This document shows positions 63,153 through 64,000 of a stretch of DNA of 64,000 nucleotides, in pieces. Under the pieces are notes generated by a model, which saw nothing but the letters and a program-made list of their open reading frames with translations, did no database searches and was not told the DNA's origin. Position 1 is the stretch's first letter, and every line of letters starts with the position of its first letter. The stretch covers positions 171,330 through 235,329 of the forward strand of contig JAECRG010000001.1 in assembly GCA_015999875.1 (NCBI GenBank), written 5' to 3'. The DNA comes from Candidatus Saccharimonadota bacterium. Lineage in GTDB: Bacteria; Patescibacteriota; Saccharimonadia; Saccharimonadales; Saccharimonadaceae. A program made the position numbers and the translations under genes.

Positions 63153-63181
63153 AGTATAAGCGTTATCTCTCCTCTAATCAA
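63153..63181 (-). promoter_or_regulatory. promoter TTGATT-N17-TATACT, 6 nt from rpiB ATG
   Basis: The minus strand reads TTGATTAGAGGAGAGATAACGCTTATACTTAAGGCATG. Confidence 0.6.
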
Positions 63182-63190
63182 GCATTGTCG

Positions 63191-63220
63191 TTGAGCTGTA
63201 GACCGCGCATCAGGTATACT
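63191..63220 (+). promoter_or_regulatory. promoter TTGAGC-N18-TATACT, 8 nt from hemH ATG
   Basis: Read directly from the sequence. It is divergent from the rpiB promoter. Confidence 0.5.
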
Positions 63221-63228
63221 GGTATATA

Positions 63229-64000
63229 ATGACAAAACAGCAAAAAATTGGTGTGATTTTGGCGCAGGTAGGTACGCCAGAAGCACCCACGAAACAAGCC
63301 CTCAAGCCATACCTCCGAGCATTTCTCTCAGACGAGAGAATTATAGATTCTCCTCGATGGATGTGGCTACCAATACTACATGCCATCGTATTACAGCGGC
63401 GACCCGCTAAAATAGCAAAGCATTTCGAAGAAATCTGGACAGATAAAGGTTCACCCCTACTCTCTACATCGCTCGCACAGGTGAACGGCGTACAGAAACG
63501 CCTTGGTTCAAAATTTGTCGTCAAACTAGGCTTTGCCTATGCAGAACCCAGCATGAACACTGCGATGCAGGAGTTGCACGAAGCTGGAATCACGCGTGTC
63601 ATCACTATTCCGATGTTCCCTCAGTATTCTACGACCACCACTGCTTCTGTATACGATGAGATAATGCACCATGCACTCGGTCGACAAAAACGACGCGGCA
63701 AGCCTATCAAAAAATACTCACCCGCGCTGCGATTTGTTGAGCCCTTTTACGATGACCCTGCGTACATCGATGTGTTAGCGAACAATATCAAGCAGCAAAT
63801 CAAGAAGCTAGCTCACGCCCCAGACAAGATACTACTCAGTTACCACGGAATACCAAAAAGTTATGTAGATGAAGGTGACCCTTACCCGGAGCACTGCGAG
63901 ACGACAACCAAGCTACTTGTCAAAAAGCTTGGTTGGAAAAAAGATCAGTACAAAATGACGTATCAATCTCGCTTTGGGCGCGCAGAGTGGCTCCAGCCAT
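63229..64000 (+). CDS. hemH: ferrochelatase (3' end outside window)
   Basis: My own translation gives MTKQQKIGVILAQVGTPEAPTKQALKPYLRAFLSDERIIDSPRWMWLPILHAIVLQRRP...MFPQYSTTTT...SYHGIPKSY...YQSRFG. The frame stays open to the window end, so it is absent from the supplied ORF track. Confidence 0.85.
   Translation, partial: MTKQQKIGVILAQVGTPEAPTKQALKPYLRAFLSDERIIDSPRWMWLPILHAIVLQRRPAKIAKHFEEIWTDKGSPLLSTSLAQVNGVQKRLGSKFVVKLGFAYAEPSMNTAMQELHEAGITRVITIPMFPQYSTTTTASVYDEIMHHALGRQKRRGKPIKKYSPALRFVEPFYDDPAYIDVLANNIKQQIKKLAHAPDKILLSYHGIPKSYVDEGDPYPEHCETTTKLLVKKLGWKKDQYKMTYQSRFGRAEWLQP

Noticed and set aside
1-64000. CRISPR arrays, IS elements, prophage or integrase genes, and alternative genetic code
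   Set aside because: I found no spaced direct-repeat array; the only tandem repeat is in-frame coding at 8436-8858. No transposase- or integrase-like ORF is present. Long ORFs are intact under the standard code and TGA is used as a stop (for example 10730-10732 and 1262-1264).

Overview
This is a gene-dense 64-kb chromosomal segment. I call 63 protein-coding regions and two tRNA-Leu genes. I found no rRNA, transposase, integrase, phage gene or CRISPR array. About 85% of genes are on the minus strand. The standard genetic code fits: long ORFs are intact and TGA is used as a stop, for example at 10730-10732.

Content is mostly housekeeping:
- Proteostasis and chaperones: clpP, tig, clpC.
- Translation: hisS, tyrS, gatCAB, rplS, nusA.
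- DNA replication and repair: recG, radA, dnaE, uvrB, and an rnhB-yraN fusion.
- Cell envelope: a PBP1A-type synthase, an LPXTG surface protein, a PilB-type ATPase and galU.
- Sugar-phosphate metabolism: rpiB, rpe, a split transketolase, a class II aldolase, two PfkB-family kinases and a PfkB-class I aldolase fusion.

Several features point to a small-genome, Gram-positive-type lineage such as Saccharibacteria or another Patescibacteria group: the clpC-radA-PIN/TRAM synteny, the LPXTG sorting signal, the split transketolase, CIRCE-type operators and the tight gene packing. That placement is inference only.

Observations most worth follow-up:
1. A 1.15-kb insert between tig and clpP contains four copies of a CTCTCGG(G)CTC hairpin element that bracket two paralogous small-ORF cassettes.
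2. CIRCE-like inverted repeats sit with identical geometry in the clpP and clpC promoters.
3. About 15 genes have a (TGn)TAtAcT -10 box only 6-9 nt upstream of the start codon, which suggests widespread leaderless mRNAs.
4. A PfkB kinase is fused to a class I fructose-bisphosphate aldolase. A second PfkB/class II aldolase pair sits in a pentose-phosphate cluster that has no transaldolase in this window and ends in a LOG-like gene.
5. A membrane-anchored ORF carrying an RNxxxH (HEPN-like) motif is translationally coupled inside gatCAB.
6. An 836-aa two-TM protein has a trypsin-like domain in which the catalytic His and Ser are replaced.
7. A ferrochelatase gene has no other tetrapyrrole-synthesis gene in the 63 kb upstream of it.

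All family calls come from motif recognition by eye. No database search was run.
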